NCBI RefSeq assembly: GCF_964204645.1
Contig: NC_134036.1
Span: 8,546,030-8,610,029, forward strand
Source: Tubulanus polymorphus
Lineage: Eukaryota > Animalia > Nemertea
Direction: 5' to 3'
Length of the DNA: 64,000 nucleotides
Position 1 is the stretch's first letter. The number at the start of each line of letters is the position of its first letter. The notes below the pieces were generated by a model. That model saw nothing but the letters and a program-made list of their open reading frames with translations, ran no database searches and was not told where the DNA came from. The position numbers and the translations under genes are program-made. This document shows positions 27,413 to 41,407 of this stretch, one piece after another.

Positions 27413-27720
27413 CATCCTCCCGCGGCAGGGATTCGAACCTGATGGCATCGAGATTGCCACGGTACGAAACACTGCCACACTAGATCGAGTGCTCAGCTAC
27501 ACGCGCAGTTTAGATGATTTCATTATCAGATATCTCGTTTTATTTTAGCTCGTTTTTCCCATTTATAGGTCTTCCGTAAAATTTACATCAGCGATTATAC
27601 AACGAGCAATTTGATTGGTGCCGAAGGTTTTCGTGCGGCGAAGCTGCGCATGTACCTACGCACCCGGTATAGTGTGGCAGGGGTCCGTGCCGTGGCTGAT
27701 TGTAGCGATGCCATCAGGTA
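27413..27720. mobile_element. Second copy of the inverted-arm Pol III-like repeat
   Basis: Colinear with 26545-26880. The right arm TAGTGTGGCAGGGG..GATGCCATCAGG is the inverse of the left arm. Confidence 0.6.
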
Positions 27721-29978
27721 TATCAGGGGTTGATTGTTTGTCCAATAGATTTCCTCGTGGAACGAAGTAAAGGATTTTTCGCTGTTTTTTCGCACCGGAT
27801 TCGTAACTAATCTGAATTATTGACGCGTGGAGAATGATATTGAGTTAGATCTGAAACTGCAGTTTTTTTACCCACCAATTTTCGACGAGTTTTATCGCGC
27901 CAGTTCGTTACTACACCGCTTCGAAAAAAGCATCTCGTACCTAATTAGGTGTCGAATTCGCAATTTCACCGGATTCGACGCGTTTCAGCAATACTTATTC
28001 GGCGGCGTTCCATCGACTTCGTGTGATCATTATCATCATGGATAGTAAACCAGGCACCGGATATCCCTTCAACGGATCGGACCCGACAACCACCACTGAG
28101 AAGGCGGGGTTTAAACTTAATCCGCGGTGTAAATACATATTTTTTGTATTTTTAGCGAAATCATCTCGAAAAAGTCTGACGTCAAGGCAGGTGGTGGCCA
28201 GAAAAAGAAATATTCTTGGGAAATATTTAAAGACGCACGGCAAACGCACTTATTGTTCACTTTTTTCCTATCCTTATTTTGAAATTGAAGTATTGTAATA
28301 AACTATTGATTTATTTTGTCGATCGACGCAACTAGTTTTGTTGTTTTCTTTCTTAATTAACATTTGATTTGGATGGTCATCTTGCGTAGGAGTCAGTTTG
28401 TCAGCGAAGCAATACAGTCTAACTTGTTTACGTCTCAGATGCAGCGGGGCAGGGCGGTCATTATATTGCGGACTTATACAAATTACACTTACACAGCCCA
28501 ACGTGTTTCAGTGTGTAAACTCCGTCGTACTCGGCATTATGTGGAATTGAGCTTTAGCCACATGAGTCAAGGATTTTCTAAATCTCTGAATGCTCAATAA
28601 ATTCAAATTCAATCTTCAATACATAAAATTAAGTCAAATAAATTTTTATTTTATTGAAAGAAATTCTACTGAACACAGATTTTTAAATGAATTATGTGTC
28701 GATTTGTCTACTCCTGATGATTGAAGTATATTGGTTACTCGCGCCGATTAGTCAGCCACAGTCGATTTTCATGCCATCTGACCTCTTTTCATCTGTAATT
28801 AAGCAATCAAATGTAAGAATTACTTAGTTAAGGAGCGAAATAAAATATAGATATCTTCGGAGACTAATTCAAATCATGAGTTTGCCGTGAAAATCTATAA
28901 CTACAGCCTCATAGAGCATACCCACGAAGCCACGTGGCATTGGTATTTTAAGGGCTATTCAGCTTTATCCAAAACAAGTCTATGATTAACATTAAAAAAG
29001 CTTCATATCAAGGGTATGTCGCAGGACACTTGACGCCCATGAATTATCATCCCATAATAACAATGAATCCAATTCTGCATGTACCTTAGCACGACTGATT
29101 ACTAATCCAAATATTTTATTAGAAAAAAAAATAATTACGCTAAGCGTCAAGTACTTACCGCATCTGAGAAACTTGCGATTCAGTTAGAGTGTTAAGTTAC
29201 GTCTTTGGCTGACAATGTCGAAAATTTTTAAACGTGCATTTGTTCTCTGTGGTTTAAATATATTCCTGCAAGAATCCGCAAAGGAATTGAAGACGGTAGT
29301 GACCAGTTCATTCCACGAATAATAGCTGGACAGAAAGTAATCAAAATAAATTGTCGTGCACATTCAGTGTAAACCAGGCAATAACTAGCTGCTATTATGA
29401 CATTCCACTGACTGGCTCTACCCACTATATTTAGGGCCTAAATCTTTTCTAGGAGCACGAAAAAGCTAGGCATTAAGTAAGTAGCCAACAATGATCATTA
29501 CTTCACCGAGTTCTCATTTGCTACCATACTCATATTATTAAAGAAAAATATTCCCTAGTTAACGGATTCTCACCTCAAAAAATATAAACTCCGCTGTCGT
29601 TGTCATCGATCCGAGTCGTCAACTGAACGCGAAAGTAAAATTCTGTGTGAAAATTCCTATAATTTCTGTCCATCATACGTTGATTTGAGCCAGACATCTT
29701 CAGGAAATGTAGCCAACGTAAATTGATTTACGAATAACATTAATCAATTGAATCATTTTAGGAATCATGGTTTCGTGAAATTCATTAAAGTCTTAAACTC
29801 GCGATAATTTTAAGCCGAAAATGATTTCAACCATCCACCATGTTGTTTCATTAATAAAACAATTGTTGCGCGCCGGCTGTAGTTATTCCAGTTCGATTTC
29901 ACTGTTGCTGAGGAGCGCATTAAAAATAAAGGAGCTCATTAACATAACGAGTTGCCGAGTTGTACAGCCGTGGATTGG

Positions 29979-30766
29979 CGGTACGAAAAACGCCTAATGA
30001 AAAACACCGAATCGGAAAACGCATAACGCCTAATTCAAGTAACACCCAAGAAATTGACCTAAATCCCTACGTGAACTATGTACGCAACGCTACATAGTTC
30101 ACGTCGGAGTGCGTGGAGCGCCGCCTGTTCCATCTTCGTTTCTACTGTCTTTGGTTACACAGGCTTATCTGTGTTATTATTTCATTTTAAGACTTATGTT
30201 AATTATTTCATATTAGGTATTATGATAATAAAAGACATCATATTTTTTATATGGAACATATAGTTTATTATTTTTTGTTCAAGGAAGTTCAGGGGCTGGA
30301 CATTATTTAGTCTCTCATTGGTTCGGTAGGTTCACATTAGCGTGGTTGTGAACAGTTTTGGAGGATAATTTTGAGAAAGGCTATTTTATCAGTCTTTGTG
30401 TGCGTTGTACCTACGAGCGTAGGTTGTACCATATTTATGCATTCCTGTTTCAAAATTCAAGAAAGCCGGTTTATAACCGCGGCGTTTTTTTTCGCGTTAT
30501 CATAGAAGTGTAAACTGTTTCAGTTTACACTTCTATGGCGTTATGTAATTAATTGCTTGCACGGCGGACATTCTATATCATCGTCCTATAATGAAGTTTC
30601 TTAGAGTGGTAGTCTCGTTTCGTGAAGCGTAAAACACATGTATTTTCAAAATGTTCCGTTGATGAGTTGGATTGTGAGTCTCAGTAGATGGTGCAATTAC
30701 GAAATTAGGTCATTTTCTAGGAATTAGGCGTTTTGCGTTTTCCGATTCGGTGTATTTCGAGTACCG
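29979..30766. mobile_element. Mutator-like (MULE) MITE, 788 bp
   Basis: TIR CGGTAC..CACCGAATCGGAAAACGCA.AACGCCTAATTC with its inverse; perfect 9-bp TSD GTGGATTGG at 29970-29978 and 30767-30775. Confidence 0.85.
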
Positions 30767-31764
30767 GTGGATTGGGATACGCAAACTTGAAAATATCGTA
30801 AACAGGATTATGTTGAGCTGCTATATTATGGAAATACTACATGTTTTTAATAGCAGAGATATACCAATAAATCATGTGAAACTATGAAACACACTTTTAC
30901 AATCAGTATAACGATGAGAGATAACTGCAAATTACTCAGACTACATTGCAAATGAGTGAAGCTTATACGGCTTGTATATGTCTGGTAGTCCTGGCAACCC
31001 GAGGCACCTGTTTTTTTGTTCGACTCGCTGGCGGGTGTATAAATAAAATCGATCCAGGTCACGTCGCTCCTTATCGGTGAATTGAGGTCACCTTGTGTAA
31101 ACATAAGTAGAGCAAATCCCAAAGCTTTAGAAATAGACAAGGCAGCCGATGTGCTGTACTATATTGATAACTGATTGATAGCTGCATTAGAAACTGCATG
31201 TTAGTGCATCGCGTAATAACCCTCGTAATAACCCTCATCGCGTAATAATCCCGTTTTTTTGTAACGTTGTCGATGTCGGGGAAAACTATTTGGCAACGTT
31301 CCTCAACATAAAAATGTTACCTGGGAAGATATTCATATAACCATGGACTCTAAAACCTAAATCGTTTTAGAAAACGAACTTTTAGAGAAAATTGGACATT
31401 TTTTTTCGTTTTGGCGTTCTGGCGTTCTGGCGTTCTGGTGCCCTCATTTACATACCAGGAATTTTACGCTATGGCCCTTATCAGCCACCATATAATGGAA
31501 CACATTTCTTTGAAACTTGGTAGTTCTTAAGACTAGGCTTCTATACATTGAAGCTTTCTATAGCGAAAGCTCGTGCGTCGAAATTTATAGTGTATAAATA
31601 AAAATCGATCCAGGTCACGAGGTGAATTGAAGTCAGGTTTTCTGAACAAAGTAGCGCTAAATTGAAAGCTTTTTAAATGGACACAGCGGCTGGTATACTG
31701 TACCATACATGACTCAGTGGATATAACGGCGATATAGATAGCAAATTTGAAGCTGCGGTTGGCC

Positions 31765-31920
31765 CAGGGAGAGGGGGGGGGGCAGGGCAGGGCAGGGGAG
31801 AGCTATGCAGCGACAGGCAGAGACAGGTAAACAGGGAGACAGTTGAGGATGGAGAGAGATAGAGTGAGAGAGAGTTATGTATCGACGGACACAGGTAAAC
31901 AGAGTGCACAGGTAGACAGT
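31765..31920 (+). repeat. Purine-rich low-complexity tract with G-runs
   Basis: GGGAGAGGGGGGGGGCAGGGCAGGGCAGGGG followed by AGACAG-type repeats. Confidence 0.7.
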
Positions 31921-32840
31921 TGACTATATCTGTAGTATGGGGTAACCGCTAAACGCTGAAACGCCGAATGATATCTGTAATCCCGCCGAAACTCGAAAAA
32001 TAGCATTGGATATTTTACCGTATACCGGATGAGTATTTATTTCCGCTATTGTACCGTACAAGACCGTCGCGGATTGGCTGATTTACGGATTACACAGAGG
32101 TGCGCGACTTAGAAAATTCAAGGAAAGTATGGAGGACAGAGTTAGAGAAATTAAGCGGTTCGAGCGAGACTCGAACCCGGGCCAGGAAATAACGAGCGCA
32201 GCATCATGCCACTAGACCAACGAAGTCGCTGCCCAGTAAACACGTGGATGTCTTAAAGATATCAAAATGATGTATTGATGTGACATCATAATAAGATCAC
32301 CAACTGGTCATATTTGCAAATCAGGAAGATGTCATCGGACGACTAATTCTAGACAATTATAAATGATGTCCTGAAGATATCATTCAAACTCCTTTTCAAG
32401 ATACCAGAAAGGGCAACAAAGAATATGAACAAAAAAGGCCCCATCACATTAGATGTGAAAGGCGTACACAATTTAAGCGTACGCCTTTCACATCCAATGT
32501 GTACGTCAGGAGAGGAGGAATTCAATCAATTTCCTACTAAAATAGAACGAACAATTGATATTTAAAATGAAACAAATGAACACTTTTAATTTTAAAATCT
32601 TAAAAGTTATCTAACCATTATATACAAATAAAGAGACACAGCCCAGCGGCAAATGCAGACAACGTTTCGTAAGATATACAGGTGCTCTTATGAGCAAAAT
32701 GCTCAAAGCTAAACTATAGGGGACTTCCCCAAAAAATCAAAGATGGACAATACAGTTTTTATTGAAAATCTAGTGCCTTTTTAGGCTGGACAGTAGGTAC
32801 CATTTAATGACTTAAAATGACTAGCCTAACTGTTTAACTT

Positions 32841-33622
32841 AACTAGCGGTCCAGGGACACCACGCCCACTTGGGAAGTGGTTTGAAATGCTCAACAGAAA
32901 ATTTCAATATTCAACACCCCCTGGTGAACATTTTAAGAAGGCAATGACCTTAAAACTCACCACAATCATAGATACTCTAGTAGTGATACTATTTATCAAC
33001 TATCAAGACTAAAAGTCAAAACCTGTCGATATTTTCCGCGAAAAACCTTTTTTCATTTACAAATGAGAACTGATGACACTAAGATGGCTGCCGATTGCGT
33101 CACGCTTGACTGATCAAAGAATCTGTCTGATATGTTTAAGAGTTCTTCTCAAAGTTCATCACGAATTTCAATGAAAAATGGCAAACCATTCGGAAACTAC
33201 AGGTCTCGGAATTTGGGGCAAAAATGACCTTTTTGGGCACAAAAAAGGTCACACGACGGCCATCTTGGGTCCAATCAACCCAATTTTTCTTTTTCTTATG
33301 CTGGTGCACCATAGGGAGATACAAATATATGTGAAAGATCGAGATAATTGATCCAAGCGTTTTAAAAATTCCCCTTGAAAACTTCAAAAATGTGTAAAAA
33401 GTGCTGATTTTGGCGAACAACGATGGCTGCCAGTTTGCCATCTTGATTCTGATTGGGCCAGTTTTCGGGCAAAACATGTATCTAGGGTAGATACATGTAT
33501 AAACCAAAGATTAAAACAATCCATTGAAGCGTCTTCAAAACTTCCCAATATAACTGGATTCCGTCTACGGGCGAAAAGTGAACACAATAGCCCGCTGGGA
33601 CTAAAGTCCCAAGTGGGCTAAA
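32841..33622. mobile_element. Complete HINE/Helentron-like element nested in the EnSpm
   Basis: Subterminal inverted repeat GCCCACTTGGGA / TCCCAAGTGGGC; terminal hairpin TAGCCCGCTGGGACT-AA-AGTCCCAAGTGGGCTA plus A-run; one 154-bp-family unit. Confidence 0.7.
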
Positions 33623-33680
33623 ATAAAAACATAAAAATACACACAACTTATTTTGCGAGTTTTTTTTTCCATTGGAATAA

Positions 33681-34254
33681 TGTTAGGTTCACACACACGA
33701 CTTTTTGAAGAGAAATTGAGTCTCTACTTCTGACCCAGTTAGAAGTTGTGTCGAAATGTTTGTTCACACACAACATAATTCACACAACTCCAGCTGGGCG
33801 GAGATACAGCAGTGTATAACCCAGAGATGGATTTAACAAGAAATCATAAAACTGCGAATAAGATGTCAAAATGACTTCAGTGGTTCAGCAACCATGGATA
33901 TCCCACCGGGTGTCAGGATCCTGGAAACACCTGACACAAAAAATCAAAGAGGATCCAGTCTCATTTATCAACTATCTGAGAGACACAAGTTTAATTTGAT
34001 GAGATTTTATCAAAGTTTTATTCTTTTATTGTAGAAATATATTGTCCTCTCTTATCAGAAAGGAAGCTAAAATGCGCGCGAATATACTGCATGTTGATTG
34101 GTTGTTCTATTTTTCTCAACAAGTCGAGACAAGAGTTGTGTCAAGGAAAATCGAGCAGATTTTTCGTTCACACACATGACTCACTTCAAAATAGTTATGC
34201 TCGACTGCGAGTTGCTCGATTCCTCGACGAAAAATCGTGTGTGTGAACCAAGCA
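33681..34254. mobile_element. PIF/Harbinger-like MITE
   Basis: TIR core GGTTCACACACACGA / TCGTGTGTGTGAACC; TAA TSD on both sides. Confidence 0.8.
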
Positions 34255-34304
34255 TAATCATAATAGGATTAGATTGTCAAAAGCAATGAAAAATGTATAT
34301 TGAA

Positions 34305-35227
34305 CCCTTTGGTGCCTAGGGGCGCCAAAATGCGTAAAAACGGCGCTAAGCGCCGATCGGTGCCTGCAAGTTTAAGGTGGAACCGATAAAACTACCAACC
34401 AGCTAGTGCTGCCATCGGTGGTTAAAATAAGAACTAACACGGAAGTAAATGTCTAAATGACGAATCGTGCATGAAAAAAAATCTTTTTAGTGTGTTTAAA
34501 CGGAGTCCAAGCGAAGCTAGTCATGAGGACTCCGGAAATTCTGAAGGGGCAGGTGATAGCAACTTAGAAGGTGACTATTCTAATCAAAATAACAGCGGAA
34601 ACAGCCCTGATTAATGACTATTACGAACACTGATACCGAAAATGAGGATATAGCGAAAATCAGTTCAGAGAGGAAGGAGGAGAGTAGACAACTAAGGAAT
34701 ATTATAGGTTGTAATTGCACACATTTATAAGCTAAAATGAATAAAACTTGTTGGTAACTTCAATTTTGATTTTCTGACATTTCAGTGCGTGCAAAATTTT
34801 GAAATCTGGATTCTGAGGAAAAATTGCTTTAACATTTTTATTTTGAAGTCTTTTGCCCTGATTTTGTATATGTTGTTAGAAACAGTCTATGGAATCACCT
34901 GCAATTGATTATTCTGATAAGGGCAAGATACTTTACTAAAGAGAGAGTTCCATTTTCAGAATTTCACCAAATAAATTTAACCATATTTTGAGGTGGGTGT
35001 TTGAAATTTTCTAGCTGGCCCCCATTACTAGATGTATAATTTATGACAATGGATTCTAAATATGCTAGAAAATACCTTTAATTTGATACTTGGTTGAATA
35101 CTGTAGCACCAAAAATAAAAAAGTAATAGCAATTTCATTATCAGTCGTCTTCGTCATTCATAGAAACAATAGGAATGCTCAGGCACATTAGCGGATTTAC
35201 AGGCCGGACCCCTCAGGCACCTAAGGG
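34305..35227. mobile_element. piggyBac-like non-autonomous element
   Basis: TIR CCCTTTGGTGCCT / AGGCACCTAAGGG, flanked by TGAA and TTAA. Confidence 0.7.
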
Positions 35228-35292
35228 TTAATGATATCGACGATAAACGAAATACAATACAAAGAAAGTCCTGATTCAAACTTTGAATCAGA

Positions 35293-38200
35293 TTATTCAA
35301 GAATAGTTTTTAGTCTACGTCGCGACCTCTTTTAATTCCACCTTTTCTGTCGGGCGCATTTTTTAGGTGGGTTGCGCAGACCTCGTCGAAATTAAATTCT
35401 GTACCAACAAACAATTTGAGTGCACTTTCTACAATAAAAAAAAGTTCAGTGAAAACAAAGCAATCAATATATCTTTACTTGAATACAATTAGAACCCATG
35501 CTAAAGAAACCAAGTGAAGCAAGCACCTTTGCTACCTAAACGTTACTTATTAGAATGCAAATGGTATGCATCAGGCAGTTCCAGCACATTTTGAGAATAT
35601 GATTGAAAGTAAATCAAATGGGTAGCTCGTCTGCAGTGGCATGATATTTTGAGTATTTTGTGTACCATAGTTTCAATGTAAACCGCGAAAAATGTGTGGA
35701 CATGACAGGCAGCATAAAAAGTTGCCAATATAAAGAAACACACCGATGTAACAATTGCCCAGATAATATCCCAATTGGCATATTTCTTCCATGGATGACT
35801 TTTAAATTGGGGTATTTGTACAAAAGGAATTTACCTAGATTAAGGGAATTATTCCCATATGTGTCGTTCATTTATTACGTACGCATTAGGGGAGGGGTAA
35901 GTGAAATTGTGTAATTGTAACGCTTAATGTATATGAAAAAAATGGCCGATTTTGCGTACAGAAGGGTTGAAAAATTCAAATTTTATGCGTACATAATAAA
36001 TGAATGATCCAATTTTTTAATAACAATTATATTACCTTTCAGAATGGCATATAACTTGAGGAGCGTAAAACCAAATTTCCCCCTCGTTCCATGCATGTTA
36101 AAATGCGACATGAGCTTGTTTGTGAGTAACCTAGAAAGATGAAAAAATAACAACATTTAATCAACAGTAAAAATGATTCGGTTATCAGTAGGCATGCAAC
36201 CTTTGCAAAGACCAGGTCACTGACAGGTTTCAATCCTCATTTTACAGCAATGAAGTATTTTCAGAATACTCGAGAAAAAAGTACTTCTTAATTTTGACTG
36301 TGCCTTGAAATAGATATTATGGTTTTAACAATGAAAATAATGATAAAAGTTCTAAAGGGATTGGCGTATAGGGCCCATCTACGGTCAAACTTTTTCATCA
36401 GCTTAATCGAGATTTCTATATCATTATTATAAGTCCACCTATACATAAATATAAAAGGTTTTAAAAAAATAGAAATAAAGGTTTTTAATTGTATGTACAT
36501 AAGTATAGGATCGCACTACTTTTTTTTAGTGATTTTAGGGTTACACGATTTTTGAGTCATATTAGGGAAAAATAGGGAAAGGTTTATGATGAGATTTTCT
36601 TTCAAAATTGCAGAATTAAATCATTTTATTATAGCTCTTGCATGTGTGTAGATTCTTACCTCTGCAAAGCCCTTCTTATGAAATCTGCAAAATGGGCACC
36701 GCCTATGTTCTCTAACTGCCCGAGCTGGAATGTGATTGAACAACATGTAAGCCTTAACTGTATGTAATTCTACACAAACCAACATATTTTTATTGAATTA
36801 TTCTGACTACTGAATGCCTCAACTTCTCTTAATTAGTAAAATCCAAATCACAAATAAGTTAAATGGTTCCTTTTTTAAATTAACCACGTTTTTCATCTTA
36901 AGCAAGGGAAAATTAGCATTGAAAAATCCATAGAGTTAACTATATTGCCTTGTTCGTCACTTACCAACTTCTCTTTTTCTGAACTTTCTTTTTCTAATTT
37001 GTCTTCAAATTCCTGCAGCTCTTCTATCGTGTCAACCTGTTCAATGGGTTCAACGGTTTCCCGATTTCGTCGACAAATCAGATCTTTGATTTCCATAAGG
37101 TTGTGAAGTACTTTCTTCTGAAATTCTGGAATAACAAAATGTACCTGAATTTAAACTATTTTTTTCCACAAAACTAAATACAGTAAACAGGAATAATGCC
37201 GCATTAAATATCACTAAATATTTAATTGACTGACAAATTAAACATCACTAAATATTTAATTGACTGACAAATGATTGTTGTGATATCTGTGTGCTGGCCA
37301 AAAATGCACACAGATCACACTACTACTCATCAGACCCCTAGACCAACAGTGCTTTGTTATATATAACCTTCCAATTATCTAGTGTGTTTCTCCCTGGATT
37401 CTTTTTAAATAACATCCTGTCTATTGTTGAGACCAATAATTAATCATACATCATTTGTTCAGGTAGATATTATTCTTAGCCTATTGTTCAAAACAACTGC
37501 ACTAAATCGGACTACAATTTTGGGGTTTCAGTCAATTATTTATCAATGACTTAATTTTTTTTTAAATTTGTATGTACTTACTCGCATCAGGAAGTGGGAA
37601 TGGATCAGTTGATCGTTGACTCGGCTCTATGCTGTCTTCTCGGAATTTACTGGAGGACATCGAAGGTGATTGCATTTGAGACAACTGCTCAGAGTCGTCA
37701 GCCTTTCTATTTTTCCAGTGTGTACTGAGCGGCACAGGCGATCGAATTTCACGCGACAACTTTTCGCGGTCGGCAACCATTCGATTTTTCACGGATGGTG
37801 TACTGAGCGACGTAGGCATTCGAATTTCACGCAACAACTGCTCGCGGGCATCACTTTTTCGATTTTTCCTGTGTGTACTGAGCAACTTAGGTGAACGTGA
37901 TCGAATTTCACGCAACCACTGCTCGCAGTCGTCAGCCTTTCGATTTTTCCAGGACTGCGTACTGAGGCAAGACGTAGGCGAAGGCGATCGAATTTCACTC
38001 GAAAACTGCTCGGACTCGTCGGCCTTTCGGTTTTTCCAGTGTGCACTGAGCGGCGAAGGCGATCGAATTTCACGCGAAAACTGCTCGGACTCGTCGGCCT
38101 TTCGGTTTTTCCAGTGTGCACTGAGCGGCGAAGGCGATCGAATTTCACGCGAAAACTGCTCGGACTCGTCGGCCTTTCGGTTTTTCCAGTGTGCACTGAG

Positions 38201-40985
38201 CGGCGAAGGCGATCGAATTTCACGCGAAAACTGCTCGGACTCGTCGGCCTTTCGGTTTTTCCAGTGTGCACTGAGCGGCGAAGGCGATCGAATTTCACGC
38301 GAAAACTGCTCGGACTCGTCGGTCTTTCGGTTTTTCACGGACGGTGTACTGAGCGACGAAGACGATCGAATATCACTCGAAAACTGCTCGGACTCGTCGA
38401 TCTTTCGGTTTTTCACGGACGGTGTACTGAGCGGCGAAGACGATCGAATATCACTCGAAAACTGCTCGGACTCGTCGGCCTTTCGGTTTTTCACGGACGG
38501 TGTACTGAGCGACGAAGACGATCGAATATCACTCGAAAACTGCTCGGACTCGTCGGTCTTTCGGTTTTTCACGGACGGTGTACTGAGCGGCGAAGACGAT
38601 CGAATATCACTCGAAAACTGCTCGGACTCGTCGGTCTTTCGGTTTTTCACGGACGGTGTACTGAGCGGCGAAGACGATCGAATATCACGCGAAAACTGCT
38701 CGGACTCGGCGGTCTTTCGGTTTTTCACGGACGGTGTACTGAGCAATGTAGATGAAAGTGATCGAATTTGACGTGACAAATGCTCGCGGGCATCAGGCAT
38801 TTGAATGAAACTACACTGCTTACGCAGCAACGGTGTGGCTGGTAATTTAAAGGCGGATACGGTTGGAGGTTGAGGTAAACCTATGTCCTCTGAAAGTAAA
38901 GTAAAAACGAAATATCATTCAGTACTTTATATATAGCTACAACCTAACCACAATTTTAACAAGCACTGCTACGCTCTCAAGTGATAAGGCACATGGGAGA
39001 CATGTCTGAAATCAGGGTCCAGGGACAACATGCACATTTGGTGAAATGCCCAACAATCTGATAATTTCATTATCAATGACCTATTATTCAGTATCTGTAA
39101 AACAATGTTTAAGATCAATAAAGTCAAAATTGAATTGCATTGAATTGCAATCATCGTAACAAATAGAGAGAAGTTTTACAATTCTGTCCGTCCCATACAA
39201 ACATCTCGCTATAGTAAACATTTCGGAGCATTTTAGACCAATGACAATCATATTCATAGAAAATCTTACCTTCAATGAGCAGAAATACCGTGTAAATACA
39301 CCTGTGAATAAACCAGGAAATGCGCGGTTGAATTGCGCGCACTGTGTCTCAGTGTACGGAGATGCATTCGGTACATCCACACTTAATTTTGAAAATGTTC
39401 CTAATAGGCTACCATATTTCTTGGATATATCCAAGAAACAATAGTTCAAAGGTCAAGCCACGTTAATTAGAGAGTTAGGTGCGAGTGGGACCCCTGCGTT
39501 TAGACAGGCCTGGGAGAAAATCTAGAAGTTTTTTCAGCGAAAATTATGTGAAAATGTATGAAATTTTATAGTACTAGCAGTCCGGGTCTATTTTGATTTC
39601 ACAGTAACGCGTGTATACGAAAAGATCGGCAATTTGCTTCAATTTTGGCATATTTTCGATTATTTCACAAAAACGCGAGTTCAAATTTATAAGAAATGTT
39701 TAGATCGTAAAATAGATACTATATGACACCACTGATGAAAAAATCAGATCTCAGGACCTTATAGATAAAAAGTGTGCCACCGTTTTACTGAAATTTTTCG
39801 CAATAGGCAAATGAATTGGAAGCATGACGTCATCAGCTAGTGATAGCAAAAGCGAACCATAGGTTCGCTAAAAATCAAATGTTATATTACTCAATCTTGA
39901 GACTGGATAACGCAATACTCACCGATCGCTTCAGCTGGTTCTTCATCGCCAGACGATGCACTACCTTCCTCACATGGATCTGAAGGTACAATTTTAATGG
40001 TTTTATGATATATATAGCCAATCCCATATAGTCCTAACCAACTCCATAATGCAGGAAAACTGCTATCTCTTAGATGTTTACTCTGTGACCATTGCAGGAT
40101 ATTGCGTGCAACTAAAGATGAAAATTTAAACTTTAAGTTGGCAGCTCTGAATTAATTGCGAAAATCATAGACCATGAACTATAAATTCCCCCAAATCTCT
40201 TTCTCCATGAGCCATTGAAAAGAAATTTTGGATTGTTGAATGAGAACCAGTATTATGAACATGAACTTCTTGGTGAAAAATTGGGTTTCGTTAACCGTCA
40301 ACATTTATAAGCTAAATTACCCGTATCTTCTTCCATTACATAGTCTTCGTAACAAATTTTCTTTCGTTTTCGACTTTCATCAGGTTCAGTGTCTGTATTT
40401 TCTTGACTATCGCAGAGCTGCCTGTTGGCTGAAACAGGTATCAAATATAAAATTAGAAAACAAGTTCTGAAACAGAAACTTAAGCATTTTTCAGAGCATG
40501 AGCAATATGGGGTATCATAAATTTTCCTATTATAGAAAAACAGTTCCTAATCGTATGAATTAAAAACTGAGCAGAACTACTAGTAGGATTCATCCAACTA
40601 CCTTTAAGTTGGGCAGTCACTAAGTTTATTTGATCAGGTTACAGTCCTACCACAAACTCTCCTGGATACAGAGATTAGTGCCGTGCTCAAAACACCATGA
40701 ATTCATTAACAAGCATTCAAACACTAGACTTTCCTACTGCAAGTTGAATCATTTCATTGGTATGTTTCAGAAATTAATATAATGTCAAAGTATCATACCG
40801 GATTTAACTTTTATCTTTATGATTTTGAATCTCCTCCATTTAAAATCGGGAACTGTGTGGTTCTCGAAATCCTCCTCTGCATTTATTGCAGGAGGCCATC
40901 TTAACATGTTTTCTTCCACCCAGCAGGCCGGCACCGTGCCCACCATTTCTTTCTTCCCTTCTAGCCAGACGGCACAAATCCAGAG
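35293..40985 (-). CDS. EnSpm ORF2, spliced DUF4806-like accessory protein with an expanded Ser/Pro/Arg repeat
   Basis: Exons at about 40985-40800 (AVWLEGKKEMVGTVPACWVEENMLRWPP..KWRRFKIIKIKVKS), 40428-40322, 39980-39923, 38889-37582, 37127-36965, 36725-36660 (GQLENIGG), 36130-36035 (LLTNKLMSHFNMHGTRGKFGF) and 35428-35293 (HLKNAPDRKGG). The start exon was not located. Confidence 0.75.
37670..38790 (-). repeat. Coding minisatellite of 78-bp and 75-bp units, about 15 copies including degenerate ones
   Basis: Period 78 (38341, 38419) encodes SSPLSTPSVKNRKTDESEQFSSDIRS; period 75 (38041, 38116) encodes SPSPLSAHWKNRKADESEQFSREIR. Confidence 0.95.
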
Positions 40986-41407
40986 CTAAAATAATAATAT
41001 ACATAGATTTATGGATGTACATGTAGTATGATTATCAAATCATGAAAACCAACGAAACGATTCCTGACAAAGTCCCCTGTAATTTGTTCCCTTTCACTCA
41101 GTGCGTCTACACTGCAGTGCGGTGTATAAATCAGTGATGGACTTTGCTAACCGCATCGTGATGCATTGATGTCATAAGTAATTTGTTTTTTCTATTGGAA
41201 AATGGCAGCACTGTCAAACATAGTAAAATATTAGTAACAAATGATACACCGCACCACTGTGAAGACGCACTAAGTGGTATGCCCGTTATACACTGGAGAA
41301 TTAGAAAAAAATTTCTAATTATCTCAACCACTTTTGGAGCGTGTTAATTAATCAGCACTGAACGGGTTAAACGAGGTCCCACTATTTGTGCATTTGGACG
41401 TTTTTAA

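Noticed and set aside
37789-38755. 238-aa + strand ORF and 169-aa alternate-frame ORF
   Set aside because: By-products of a stop-poor tandem repeat with unit lengths divisible by three; only the Ser-rich frame splices to the flanking exons.
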